Part shown: positions 1 to 9,070 of the stretch, in pieces | Position numbering within the stretch: the stretch's first letter is position 1 | Layout of the letters: the number at the start of each line of letters is the position of its first letter | Origin: Candidatus Sumerlaeia bacterium | Lineage (GTDB): Bacteria > Sumerlaeota > Sumerlaeia > SLMS01 | Length of the DNA: 37,307 nucleotides | Assembly: GCA_038208905.1 (NCBI GenBank) | Contig: JBBQYG010000019.1 | Span: 1 to 37,307, forward strand | Direction: 5' to 3' | Position numbers and translations under genes: made by a program | The notes under the pieces: generated by a model | What the model saw: only the letters and a program-made list of their open reading frames with translations | Databases searched by the model: none | What the model was told of the DNA's origin: nothing

Positions 1-195
1 CTCCACCTCCCCCTCCGCATTCGTCACCTTCTCGCGAAAACGCATCTTCGATTCGTCCGCGGTGCCATACTGCTCGGAAAACTTGGCGCGGATCGACTCC
101 GCGCGCTCCCACCGCGCCAGCAAAGCAACCAACTCCTCGCCGCCGATGGCGGCGCGAGGGGGACAGTCGATGTCGATGTAGTGTCGAATTGGCAT
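1..195 (-). CDS. hypothetical protein, 5' part (runs off the window start)
   Basis: Manual translation from ATG at 195 gives MPIRHYIDIDCPPRAAIGGEELVALLARWERAESIRAKFSEQYG..., open to base 1. Same strand as the amidase gene. Confidence 0.6.
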   Translation of the reverse strand, partial: MPIRHYIDIDCPPRAAIGGEELVALLARWERAESIRAKFSEQYGTADESKMRFREKVTNAEGEVE

Positions 196-202
196 GAAAG
201 GC

Positions 203-373
203 AGGGATGAGGGATGAGGGATGCACGGCAACTACTTGGGAAGTATTGGGTGGGCAGAGTTGGACGGGGCCAGCCGGAAATTTGGCCGGGCCGTGCCCAT
301 AGGCCTGTCCCGTTCATCCCTCAGCCCTCGTACCTCATCCCTTCCGTTCACAGGCCGTTCATCCCTCGTCCCT
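203..373. repeat. intergenic heptamer repeats in inverted orientation
   Basis: AGGGATG x3 at 203-223. Complementary CATCCCT-like units at 315-342 (x4) and 360-373 (x2). Confidence 0.75.
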
Positions 374-374
374 T

Positions 375-2270
375 TCAGTATACGGGTCGGCGCGCAAAGC
401 AAAACGCCGCCGTCCAGTACGCATCGTACAGCGGGTCCTCGGGGTCGAAGCTACTGATCTGGACCTCGGGCGGCGAGGCGTGGATGAAGCGGCCGCCGCC
501 GAGGGAGAGTCCCGTGTGGGTGACGCGCGTGGTCTCGTCGATGAAGAACACAACGTCGCCCGGCTGGAGCAGGCCCTTCTGCCAGAACGTGCCGACGAGT
601 CGTCCCACGAGGACCTGCTGAAAGGCATCGCGCGGTAGTTGAACTCCCTGGGCCGCCCAGGCGACGCCCACGAGGCCGCTGCAGTCGATCCCCTGACTCG
701 TCCGCGCGCCAAAGACATAGGGCGTGCCCAGCATCCGCGCAGCGGTGTCGATGGCGGCGCGCCCGGGGCTGGAGGCCGGATGAAAACGCAGCGCCTCCAC
801 AGCCACGGAATACGACGCCGAGTTCCCCGCGCCGCGGACGGCCCTGGGGAGCGCCAACGTCACGCTGGTCCCGCCGTCCCATCCCTCCACGGGAAGCGCC
901 GCCCCGGCGGGAAGGCGGAAGTCCAGCGCCATCAGGTCCTCCCTCAGCACCGCGCGCGGGCGGCGCATCCACTCGGAGAGCTCCCCCCACGCCATGCGCC
1001 GCACGGTTTCCGACCGCACCCAGCCGATGTAGCCCTCGGGCCCATGAAGGCGTATATACGTCTTGTCGGCGTTCTCCTCCAGCAGCCACACCTCGTCGCC
1101 AAGGATGAGCTGGCTCTGCACGGTTCCGCCCTCCCGCGGGTCTCCCCAGGTCAAGGCCATCGGGATTTGCACGATGCCGTAGATCTCTTCGCCCAGCGCC
1201 GCATCGGGAAGGAGTCGGATCTCGTTCTCCACGGGGCCAACGCCCAGCGCGCGAAAGACCTCTGGCAGTGCCGCGATCAGGCGCGGGTGATTCGCCACGC
1301 CGGAGAGCTTCCATCCGCCGTCGCTCGCCGACACCTTGGCGTCCAGAAGGAAGAACGTGGAATCCGATAGCTGGAACTTCTTGAAATTTGCGATGATGGA
1401 TTGAAGCTGTCCCGCCGTCGTCGGCGGCGCCTCCTGCGACCAGAGTCGACTCGCGATTCCCGCGAAGGGATCGCTCTCTTCACGTGGGGGCACGGGAGCG
1501 GCGTCGGGGAACAGGCGCAGGCGTTCCTCGTCCAGCGCGCCACGCTGCTCCTCCCACATGCGGACAACACCATTGTAGGCGCCGATGGCTTCCTTTTCCG
1601 CGGAGTCCGGCCTCACGACCCACGCATCGAACTCGGGATTGGAGAGGAAGCCGAACTCCACCACCGCGGACGGAATATCGGAACTCGACACCAGCGGATG
1701 ATCGATCACATAGAAGCTGAAGTCCTCCTTCCAGTGAATGGTCTTCTTGACCTCCTCCTCCATGATGCCCGCAAGGGCGCTCTCCAGCGGCTGGGGCTGC
1801 CCCGCCTTGTCCGTCGGCCAGATGAGCATCATCACGCCGTCGGCGGTGCGGCGCGGCGAGCTGTTGTGGTGGAGCGAAAGGAAGAGGTGGGAACGCGTCG
1901 CCTCCGCGATAGCCGTGCGTGCGCCCAGCTCCTCCGCACGCCCGGAATTGCCGGGCGCCACCTTGCGGTCGTCGGTGCGTGTCATGTGGACCTCCGCCCC
2001 GGCATCCTTCAGGAAATGCCGCAGCAGCGACGCCACCTTCAGGTTCACGTCGCCCTCGATCACCTGCGTATTGACGCCGCGCGCGCTCCCCGAATAGCCC
2101 GGCTGGTGGGCGCTCCCGCCGTGCCCGGGGTCCAGGGTAATCACCAAACCGGCGAGCTTGTCCTTTTCGCCCTCGAAGGGAACCGGCCAATCGAGATCAA
2201 CAACATCCTGGCCGCGCACACTCGGCGCGATCAACGAGAGGGCGACTAGTATTCCTGCAATTCGGAGCAT
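375..2270 (-). CDS. secreted N-acetylmuramoyl-L-alanine amidase (Amidase_3) fused to BON-like, SH3 and NlpC/P60 peptidase domains
   Basis: Signal peptide MLRIAGILVALSL. Amidase motifs DPGHGG, EGDVNL, SLHHNS, VVEFGFLSN. SH3-like GPEGYIGWV. NlpC/P60 motifs GTPYVFG, IDCSGLV, HTG, IHAS. Start placed at ATG 2270. Confidence 0.9.
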   Translation of the reverse strand: MLRIAGILVALSLIAPSVRGQDVVDLDWPVPFEGEKDKLAGLVITLDPGHGGSAHQPGYSGSARGVNTQVIEGDVNLKVASLLRHFLKDAGAEVHMTRTDDRKVAPGNSGRAEELGARTAIAEATRSHLFLSLHHNSSPRRTADGVMMLIWPTDKAGQPQPLESALAGIMEEEVKKTIHWKEDFSFYVIDHPLVSSSDIPSAVVEFGFLSNPEFDAWVVRPDSAEKEAIGAYNGVVRMWEEQRGALDEERLRLFPDAAPVPPREESDPFAGIASRLWSQEAPPTTAGQLQSIIANFKKFQLSDSTFFLLDAKVSASDGGWKLSGVANHPRLIAALPEVFRALGVGPVENEIRLLPDAALGEEIYGIVQIPMALTWGDPREGGTVQSQLILGDEVWLLEENADKTYIRLHGPEGYIGWVRSETVRRMAWGELSEWMRRPRAVLREDLMALDFRLPAGAALPVEGWDGGTSVTLALPRAVRGAGNSASYSVAVEALRFHPASSPGRAAIDTAARMLGTPYVFGARTSQGIDCSGLVGVAWAAQGVQLPRDAFQQVLVGRLVGTFWQKGLLQPGDVVFFIDETTRVTHTGLSLGGGRFIHASPPEVQISSFDPEDPLYDAYWTAAFCFARRPVY

Positions 2271-2382
2271 CGTAGGATTCCGCAACGGAGAGTGGCCACG
2301 CGAGAATCATGACCCATGCGCGGATTGGACACAAGTGGGAGTGTATGCTATTCAGTAGAGCGTTCCTCGCGATAGCATAAGC

Positions 2383-3661
2383 TTATTCGCTGGGAAGCGG
2401 TGCCCTCGAGGGCGGGCGGGCCATACACGGCAGAATGGGGATCTCGCCCATGTGGGTATATCCGAATACACTCGCATGGGCGGAGGATGGTCGGGCTACC
2501 TTCGAGCGGCCAATAGATTCATGGGAATGCTGCAACTCTGACTCCGGCAACCGATACCTCTTCAACACAAGCGCCGCCCCATCCCACGTCCACAGTTCTC
2601 CCCGCGCCGGAAGGAGATAGGGACGCGGCCATGTCTTGTTGGCGCCCGGAATCGCAATACGCAGGCTCTCAGACCCGTCCGCCCGGGTCAAAAAAACCGC
2701 GTTCTCGGCGGGGCGCGCGATCCACCATGCGATGGAGGCCGTTGAAGTCTCGAATCAGGAAACCACCATTCGGCGCCGCCACGATGTCGGTTGGATAGTT
2801 GGGATCGCGGCCCCATCCCGCCTTCATGCTGACCAGCCGGCGAAACTCCCCGGGGTCGTCGCTGCCAAGCAGAGGGGGGAATGCCGGACCGCGCCCCTTG
2901 AGATACGGGCCCACGGGGAATGTTTGCGACCAAACGATCCCAGCGCGCGGGTCCAACAGAACCGCGGATCTCGTCTTGAGATCGATACCCATGCACAGGA
3001 GCCAAGGAGTTCCTTTCACCACAGCCGAAGGCATCAGATAGTCCAACGAATTCCCCGCCGGGGTGCGATCCTCATGGTTCTTCTGGCGATGCAGGAATTC
3101 GCCATCGCTCAGGCGGAAGGCCCAAAGCCCGGAGAACTCCTCGGTGGTGCCGCACCCCCGGATAGTGAAGAGCGCCCAGTCGCCCTCGACGCTCACATGC
3201 ATGCTCGAGACCATCGGCGCAGGATCCGTATCCATGACGTTGCACCGCGCGCGCTAGAACCGATTGTCCAGGCGTGGTGTGCCAACAGGGTTCAGAATGA
3301 TAAGCGCCAGCTCGCCGTAGTCGCTCGAATTGCCGGGACTCGGGTAGTGGGCCACTCCCTTTGTCAGGGCGTTTCCGACGATCACTCCCCCGTCGGTCAC
3401 GATGGCGTCGCGAAGCGTGACTCCCCGCTGCCACGACCACTCCACCGCGCCATCGCGGGTAAGCGTATAGACACCCGGCCCCGTCCCCTGGCGCTCGCTC
3501 GGCTCGATGTGGAGCTGGTATTCGCCGGACGGCGATGCGTAGGTCGCGGGGTTGACGAGGGGCGTCGGAAAGCGCGAGGCGGCGAGAGGGCGCGTTGCCA
3601 GCATCGACAATGCTCCCAACACAAGCATTGCCAGACAGGACCATCATGGATTCTTTGGCAT
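2383..3661 (-). pseudogene. decayed gene for a secreted, probably beta-propeller-like protein
   Basis: One frame from ATG 3661 reads MPKNP*WSCLAMLVLGALSMLA...RF*RARCNVMDTDPAP..., with in-frame stops at 3644-3646 (TGA) and 3254-3256 (TAG). It then shifts frame near 2690-2750 into ...TRADGSESLRIAIP...LWTWDGAALVLKRYRLP. Confidence 0.65.
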
Positions 3662-3802
3662 CGGAGTTTCTTCCCGCTCATCGTGACAATTCTCCCCGGG
3701 TGTGTGTTTCGCGGGCCACCAGAATTGTTTTCACGGAGGTTAGCTGATGCGACCCCGCAAACTGGCGCGAATCGTGTTGCTTGACAATTAAGGAGCTCCC
3801 GC

Positions 3803-5212
3803 ATGCCCACCACCTTCGAGAAGTCCACCCCCATCGCTGCGCCCGCCGATTTCGCCTTTGCGTGGCACGGGCGGCCCGGCGCCTTCCAGCGGCTTTCACC
3901 GCCTTGGGAGCAGTTGCGCATCGTCCGCGCGAGCGGGGGAATCCGCGACGGCGGAGAGCTGGAGTTCAAGATCCGCCTGGCGCCCGGCCTCTGGCAGCAC
4001 TGGCACGCGCGCCATTTCGGGTATGTGGAGGGCCAGCAGTTTTGTGACGAACAGGTCAGCGGCCCCTTTGCATCATGGCGTCACATCCACCGATTTGTGC
4101 CCGAGGGCGACGCGGCCTGCCGCATCGAGGACCACATCGAATACGCGCTGCCGATGGAACCGCTCAGCCGGGTCGCGCCCCGCTGCCTGGTGGAGGACAA
4201 GATTGCCGCCATGTTTGCCTATCGGTCCAACGTGGCGCAGAATGACATCGCGCGTCACTGGCGCGCACACCTGACGCCGATGCGCGTCGCCCTGACAGGG
4301 GCCAGTGGCTTGGTCGGCACCGACCTGACGGCGTTCCTGACGACGGGCGGGCATTCGGTGGTTCCGCTCGTGAGGAAGCCGACTCCCGACGGCGTGGTGT
4401 GGAATTCAACCACGGGAATCAGCGAAGCCGAGCTTGCCAAACTCGAAGGCGTCCGCGCCGTGGTGCACCTTGCGGGCGAGCCCGTCATGGGCGTGTGGAC
4501 GGAGGATAAGAAGCGCCGCATCCGCGAGAGCCGGTCCGTGGGCACCCGGGCGCTGTGCGAATCGCTGGCACGGATGAAGGAGAAGCCCGAGGTGCTGGTC
4601 TGCGCTTCCGCCGTCGGGTTCTATGGCAGTCGTGGCGCCGAGCAATTGACGGAGGAATCGACCCCGGGAAACGGCTTTCTGGCGGAGGTGGCGCGCGAGT
4701 GGGAGAATGCCTGCGAGCCCGCGCGCGCAGCGGGAATTCGGGTGGTGAACCTGCGCATTGGGATCGTGCTTTCCCCGCGCGGCGGAGCGCTGGCGGCGAT
4801 GCGCCTTCCGTTTACCTTGGGGCTTGGCGGTCGGCTGGGCTCCGGCACGCAGTACATGAGCTGGATCACCGCCGACGACCTGGTGGGCCTGATCCATCAC
4901 GCCATCGCGACCCCCGCCATGTCGGGGCCCGTGAACGCGGGCTCGCCCAACCCGGCCACCAATGCGGAGTTCACCGGCGCCCTCTCCAGCGCGCTGGGCA
5001 GCTTCGTGGGCATGCCCGCTCCGGCGTTTGTCCTGCGCGCGGCGCCCGGCGGCATGGGCGATGAATTCTTCCTGACCTCCGCGCGCATGATCCCCGCGCG
5101 GGCGCTGGCCAACGGGTTCGCCTTTGCGCATACCGATCTCGAAGCAGCTTTTCGCCTAATACTAGGCCGCAAGCCCACCAAGGGTGCGCGCATGGCGAAC
5201 ACGGCAAGCTAA
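3803..5212 (+). CDS. SRPBCC domain fused to a TIGR01777-family (YfcH-like) NAD-dependent epimerase/oxidoreductase
   Basis: N-terminal FAWHGRPGAFQRLSPPW and DEQVSGPFASWRHIHRF. C-terminal TGASGLVG, VHLAGE, ASAVGFYG, LRIGIVLS, GSGTQYMSWI. RBS AAGGAG at 3790. Confidence 0.9.
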   Translation: MPTTFEKSTPIAAPADFAFAWHGRPGAFQRLSPPWEQLRIVRASGGIRDGGELEFKIRLAPGLWQHWHARHFGYVEGQQFCDEQVSGPFASWRHIHRFVPEGDAACRIEDHIEYALPMEPLSRVAPRCLVEDKIAAMFAYRSNVAQNDIARHWRAHLTPMRVALTGASGLVGTDLTAFLTTGGHSVVPLVRKPTPDGVVWNSTTGISEAELAKLEGVRAVVHLAGEPVMGVWTEDKKRRIRESRSVGTRALCESLARMKEKPEVLVCASAVGFYGSRGAEQLTEESTPGNGFLAEVAREWENACEPARAAGIRVVNLRIGIVLSPRGGALAAMRLPFTLGLGGRLGSGTQYMSWITADDLVGLIHHAIATPAMSGPVNAGSPNPATNAEFTGALSSALGSFVGMPAPAFVLRAAPGGMGDEFFLTSARMIPARALANGFAFAHTDLEAAFRLILGRKPTKGARMANTAS

Positions 5213-5403
5213 GCCCCGGCGAAGTATTGCCTCAAGTTCAGGCATCGGAGATTCTCCATGCGTTTCGCCGCTCCCCACCTCCGAAAGGCCTGACTATCGC
5301 GGCTTCCTAGCCTGCGCGATAAACGCCCGACAGGCTACCCGAGCGCGGATTCTTTTCCTGCGCGTTGACAGCCCCCCGCGACCGCGCCACCTTTCCCGCC
5401 ATC

Positions 5404-6672
5404 ATGGCAACCGAATGTGACATAGCAATCGTCGGCGCCGGTCTGGCGGGGCTGGCCTGCGCCCTGCACCTGCAGGAGGCCGGCATCGACGCTCAGGTAT
5501 TCGAGGCCGCCGACGCCCCGGGCGGACGCGTCCGCACCGACCGCATCGACAGCTTCATCCTCGACCGCGGCTTTCAGGTTCTGCTCGAGGCCTATCCCGA
5601 GTGCCGTCGGATGCTGGACTACGGCGAACTCAACCTCCAGCGATTCGAACCCGGCGCGCTCATCCATCTCAACGGCAAGGTCGAGCGCGTCGCCGACCCC
5701 CTGAGGCGGCCGCGCCACGCGGTGGAGTCGCTCCTCAGCGGCATCGGCACCTTGGGCGACAAGCTGCGGGTGCTCAAGCTACGCCGCCGCGCGCTGGCGG
5801 GGAATTTTCAATCCGTGTTCAAGCGGAGTGAAACGACGGCGCTTGAGGCGCTCCGCCAGATCGGCTTTTCGCGCGGAATGATCGACTCCTTCTTTCGCCC
5901 GTATCTGGGCGGCATCTTTCTGGGCCGCGATCTGGAGACCAGCAGCCGCATGATGGACTTCGTCGTGCGCATGATGGCAAAGGGGAACACCTCCATCCCC
6001 GCCGAGGGCATCGAGTCGATCCCGCGCCAGCTCGCCGCCCGCCTCAGGCCCGGAACGCTTCACCTGAACCAGCCCGCGAAGAAGATCGAACCGGGGAAGA
6101 TCACCTTCTCCAACCGCCACACGGCCCGCGCCCGCGTCGTCGTGGTCGCCACCGACGGCACCGCCGCGTCGGCCCTGAGCGGTGGCGCCATTGCCGATCC
6201 CGGCGCGCGCGACGTGACGTGCCTGTACTTCGCCGCCCCGCGCACGCCCGTCGAGGGAGCGTGGCTGGTGCTCGACGGCGACGGCAAAGGACCGGTGAAC
6301 AACCTTGTCGTCGCTTCGCAGGTCTCCCCCAGCTACGCGCCCCACGGCACACACCTCATCTCCGCTACGGTCCTCGGCGACCCGGGAGTTTCCGACATCG
6401 CGCTGGTCCAGGCAGTCCGCGGCCAGATGGTCGAGTGGTATGGCCGCGCGGCCAAGCAGTGGGAGTTCCTTAGAATCTACCGAATCCGCCACGCCCAGCC
6501 CATGCAGGGACCCGGGTTCTGTGCCCGCCGCAAAGCCGCCGAGGCGAGCGCCGCGGAAGGCGTTGTGTACTGCGGCGACTACCTGGAAACCGCCTCCCTC
6601 CACGGCGCCCTGATCGCGGGGCGGCGCGCCGCCGGGCAATGCCGAAAGCTGCTCTCTTCCAACGCCATATAA
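5404..6672 (+). CDS. FAD-dependent oxidoreductase (flavin amine oxidase family)
   Basis: IVGAGLAGLACA, GGRVRTD, LDRGFQVLL and C-terminal CGDY...SLHGALIAGRRAA. Start placed at ATG 5404. Confidence 0.88.
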   Translation: MATECDIAIVGAGLAGLACALHLQEAGIDAQVFEAADAPGGRVRTDRIDSFILDRGFQVLLEAYPECRRMLDYGELNLQRFEPGALIHLNGKVERVADPLRRPRHAVESLLSGIGTLGDKLRVLKLRRRALAGNFQSVFKRSETTALEALRQIGFSRGMIDSFFRPYLGGIFLGRDLETSSRMMDFVVRMMAKGNTSIPAEGIESIPRQLAARLRPGTLHLNQPAKKIEPGKITFSNRHTARARVVVVATDGTAASALSGGAIADPGARDVTCLYFAAPRTPVEGAWLVLDGDGKGPVNNLVVASQVSPSYAPHGTHLISATVLGDPGVSDIALVQAVRGQMVEWYGRAAKQWEFLRIYRIRHAQPMQGPGFCARRKAAEASAAEGVVYCGDYLETASLHGALIAGRRAAGQCRKLLSSNAI

Positions 6673-6707
6673 CGCCATGCGCCGAGCCAATATCCCGGCA
6701 AGACCTG

Positions 6708-6736
6708 TTGACTGCCGCGATTCATTGTCGCATACT
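6708..6736 (+). promoter_or_regulatory. sigma70-like promoter for the metalloprotease gene
   Basis: TTGACT-N17-CATACT in an AT-rich intergenic stretch. Confidence 0.45.
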
Positions 6737-6827
6737 TTAATTGCAATTATTGATACTTCGTTCGCAAGAGGGGATTCCCCCCTCCGACCCGACCGAATAC
6801 ATCTCACACTGTGAAGGAGCACCCCAC

Positions 6828-7832
6828 ATGAAGAAGCATGTTTTCGCAATGCTGGCCGCCGTCGCGATGGCGGGCGGCGCCCAGGCGCAGGAGTACTTCC
6901 TGTACTATCCCCACACCGGCGAGAAGGTCGCCGCCAAGGACATCCCCGTCCCTTCCGCCAAGGCTCTTGCCGAGAAGACAACCTGGAAGGGCGCTGGCGG
7001 CCTGACCGTGAACTTCATCTACAGCGATCCCGCCACCGTGGGCTGGAACGATACCACAGTCGGGGCAACCCGCAAGGCCACGCTGCAGGCTGTGTTTGCC
7101 TACGTCGATAGCGTCCTGAACCATGTGGCCACGATTGATGTGGTGTGCCAGGTTTCGGATTTCAACGCCTCCGGCGCATTGGGTTCCGCCGGGTCCCTTT
7201 ATGAGGTCGGCGATGGATTTTTTGACGCCATCTCGAAGGAACACATCGTCACGGGTGTCGATCCCGTCCCGGGTGCTGGATTCGAGGACATCTTCATCAC
7301 GATGGACTTCGGCTATATCTGGAACAACGGCCTCGGCGCGCCCGCCATCAGCGAGTTCGACCTTTTCACCGTGCTGCTCCACGAAGTGACACACGGGCTT
7401 GGCTTCGCATCCCTGGCCCAAGCGTCGGGCGCCAGCCAATACTCGAGCGAGCCGCCCCCCAACAAGGCCTTCACGAAGTGGGACAACCTCCTTTTCCGCA
7501 CCTCTGGCGCGGCCAAGCTGTGGTCGGGAGTCTCCCCCAACTATGTCGGCGGAACCTTGGCCGGTGGAGACAATACGTTGGACTTCCGCGGCACGAACAC
7601 CCAGACGAGCTTTGGATCCTTCCCCCCCATTTACTCCCCCAACCCATTTCAGTCCGGCTCCAGCATCTCACACTGGCAGCTCATCGCGCCGATTCCCTCC
7701 AACGCCGTCATGCGTCCTGCCGTTGCGGCGGGCGTCTCCAACCGGGCCTATCTGCCCTTCGAGATCCAGACGCTCAGGGACTTGGGCTACACCGTCAACG
7801 TGACCGCCGTTCCCGACTGGAACCTCTACTGA
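6828..7832 (+). CDS. secreted zinc metalloprotease (HExxH) with C-terminal VPDWNLY motif
   Basis: RBS GAAGGAG; signal peptide MKKHVFAMLAAVAMAGGAQA; LLHEVTHGLGF; GSSISHW; AVMRP Met-turn-like segment. Confidence 0.85.
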   Translation: MKKHVFAMLAAVAMAGGAQAQEYFLYYPHTGEKVAAKDIPVPSAKALAEKTTWKGAGGLTVNFIYSDPATVGWNDTTVGATRKATLQAVFAYVDSVLNHVATIDVVCQVSDFNASGALGSAGSLYEVGDGFFDAISKEHIVTGVDPVPGAGFEDIFITMDFGYIWNNGLGAPAISEFDLFTVLLHEVTHGLGFASLAQASGASQYSSEPPPNKAFTKWDNLLFRTSGAAKLWSGVSPNYVGGTLAGGDNTLDFRGTNTQTSFGSFPPIYSPNPFQSGSSISHWQLIAPIPSNAVMRPAVAAGVSNRAYLPFEIQTLRDLGYTVNVTAVPDWNLY

Positions 7833-7863
7833 TCCAGTCGTTCGCCGTTGTCTGACTTTACCA

Positions 7864-7911
7864 GAAGACCGGATGGCGGGCCCCGCGCCCCCATCCGGTC
7901 TTCGGTTTTTT
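7864..7911 (+). terminator. intrinsic terminator
   Basis: Perfect 13-bp stem GAAGACCGGATGG / CCATCCGGTCTTC followed by GGTTTTTT. Confidence 0.85.
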
Positions 7912-7954
7912 AGGCAGCCATCAAAAATTCCCTTGGAAGTGTCTGAATTTCGTT

Positions 7955-7990
7955 TTGACAAGGTGAAACTCTGGCATAGCCTTTCTTGTC
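7955..7990 (+). promoter_or_regulatory. putative promoter/operator of the CarH-like gene
   Basis: TTGACA (7955) - N16 - TAGCCT (7977). Inverted GACAAG...CTTGTC brackets the -10. Confidence 0.45.
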
Positions 7991-8040
7991 CCCACGGAAA
8001 CCGGGTCGCCCCCGAAACGGCGGCGAGGGATACCGAGCGA

Positions 8041-8967
8041 ATGGAAATGCCCATGCAAGAGTTGGAAGCAGAGACGGAGGGAGCACTGAGCATCGGCGCG
8101 CTTTCCCGCGCGACGGGGATCAGCATCCATAGCCTGAGGATGTGGGAACGCCGCTATGGGGCGCCGGTGTCGATGCGCCGCTCCTCCGGGCATCGGCGCT
8201 ACTCCCCCGACGAAGTCCCCCGCCTGCGCGCCGTGGCCCGCGCCCTGGCCTCGGGGCTTCGCGCTGGGACGGTAGTGCCCGCAACCATCGAGGCCATCGA
8301 CGACATGCTTAATTCGGGGCTTGGGGGCGCCGCCATCGAGGCGAACAGCAGCGTCGTCATCAGGCTCCGCGAAATGATGACGGCGGCCCGCGAACTCGAC
8401 GAGGCCAGCCTTGGCAGGATACTGGAGGAGGATTGGGTCGCCCTTGGCCCGCTGCGATTCATGGAGGACCGCGGCGTGCCCTTCATGCGGGACCTTGGCG
8501 AGGAGTGGAAGTGCGGGAGTCTCGGCGTCGCCCAGGAGCACTTTGCCAGCGAGCGCCTGAGCGACTTCCTCGCAGCGAAGTGGCGCGCGCTAAACCGCGA
8601 GGCCGCCGGCGCGCCTTTCGTTCTGGCGACACTCCCCAACGACCTTCACCGCATGGGCCTCCTCATGGCGGCTGTCAGCACAACGGTCGCCGGGCGGCGC
8701 GTGGTTTTTCTGGGCTCCGGGGTTCCTGTGGAGGAAATCGCCCAGTCGGCACAGATCGCCAAGGCTGCGGCCGTTTGTGTCGGTGTGTCGGGGGCGACTC
8801 CGCCACGCCTTGCCAACACCGCCGCCCGCCAGTTGCTCGATCTGCTGCCCAAGCGGGTTTCCGTCGTGTTTGGCGGGGCCGTCGCCGGACAGATCCGTGT
8901 GGAGAAAGTCCAGATTTTCCGCGAGATTGCGTCGTATGCCGCATGGGTTGGCCAGCTAACCCCGTAA
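8041..8967 (+). CDS. carH: MerR-family regulator with cobalamin-binding domain (CarH/LitR-type photoreceptor)
   Basis: MerR HTH SIGALSRATGISIHSLRMWERRYG and RRSSGHRRYS. W-x9-EH motif (WKCGSLGVAQEH), D-x-H-x-x-G (DLHRMG), VFGG. Start is 8041, 8047 or 8053. Confidence 0.88.
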   Translation: MEMPMQELEAETEGALSIGALSRATGISIHSLRMWERRYGAPVSMRRSSGHRRYSPDEVPRLRAVARALASGLRAGTVVPATIEAIDDMLNSGLGGAAIEANSSVVIRLREMMTAARELDEASLGRILEEDWVALGPLRFMEDRGVPFMRDLGEEWKCGSLGVAQEHFASERLSDFLAAKWRALNREAAGAPFVLATLPNDLHRMGLLMAAVSTTVAGRRVVFLGSGVPVEEIAQSAQIAKAAAVCVGVSGATPPRLANTAARQLLDLLPKRVSVVFGGAVAGQIRVEKVQIFREIASYAAWVGQLTP

Positions 8968-8999
8968 GGTTTTCTCTCGCCACCGCTCTGGAATGGTAA

Positions 9000-9011
9000 T
9001 TGCCTAGACAA
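9000..9011 (+). promoter_or_regulatory. candidate CarH/LitR operator
   Basis: TTGCCTAGACAA matches the site at 21906-21917 at 11/12 positions. Both lie about 60-70 bp upstream of an SDR start codon. Confidence 0.4.
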
Positions 9012-9070
9012 TTAGTGCGACACGGGGAACGGGATAGTATCCCCGCCCGGCGCAAGCATCGGGGGCGCTC

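Noticed and set aside
3254-3256. In-frame TAG as pyrrolysine or stop-codon recoding
   Set aside because: The same gene also has a TGA and a frameshift, and TAG/TGA end intact genes normally elsewhere in the window. Decay is the simpler explanation.
2636-3784. 382-aa plus-strand ORF
   Set aside because: Antisense to the pseudogene, whose minus-strand frame has a signal peptide and more protein-like composition.
5404-6672. Phytoene desaturase (crtI) call
   Set aside because: It is shorter than CrtI, lacks recognisable CrtI C-terminal motifs, and no other crt genes are present. Left as a flavin amine-oxidase family protein.
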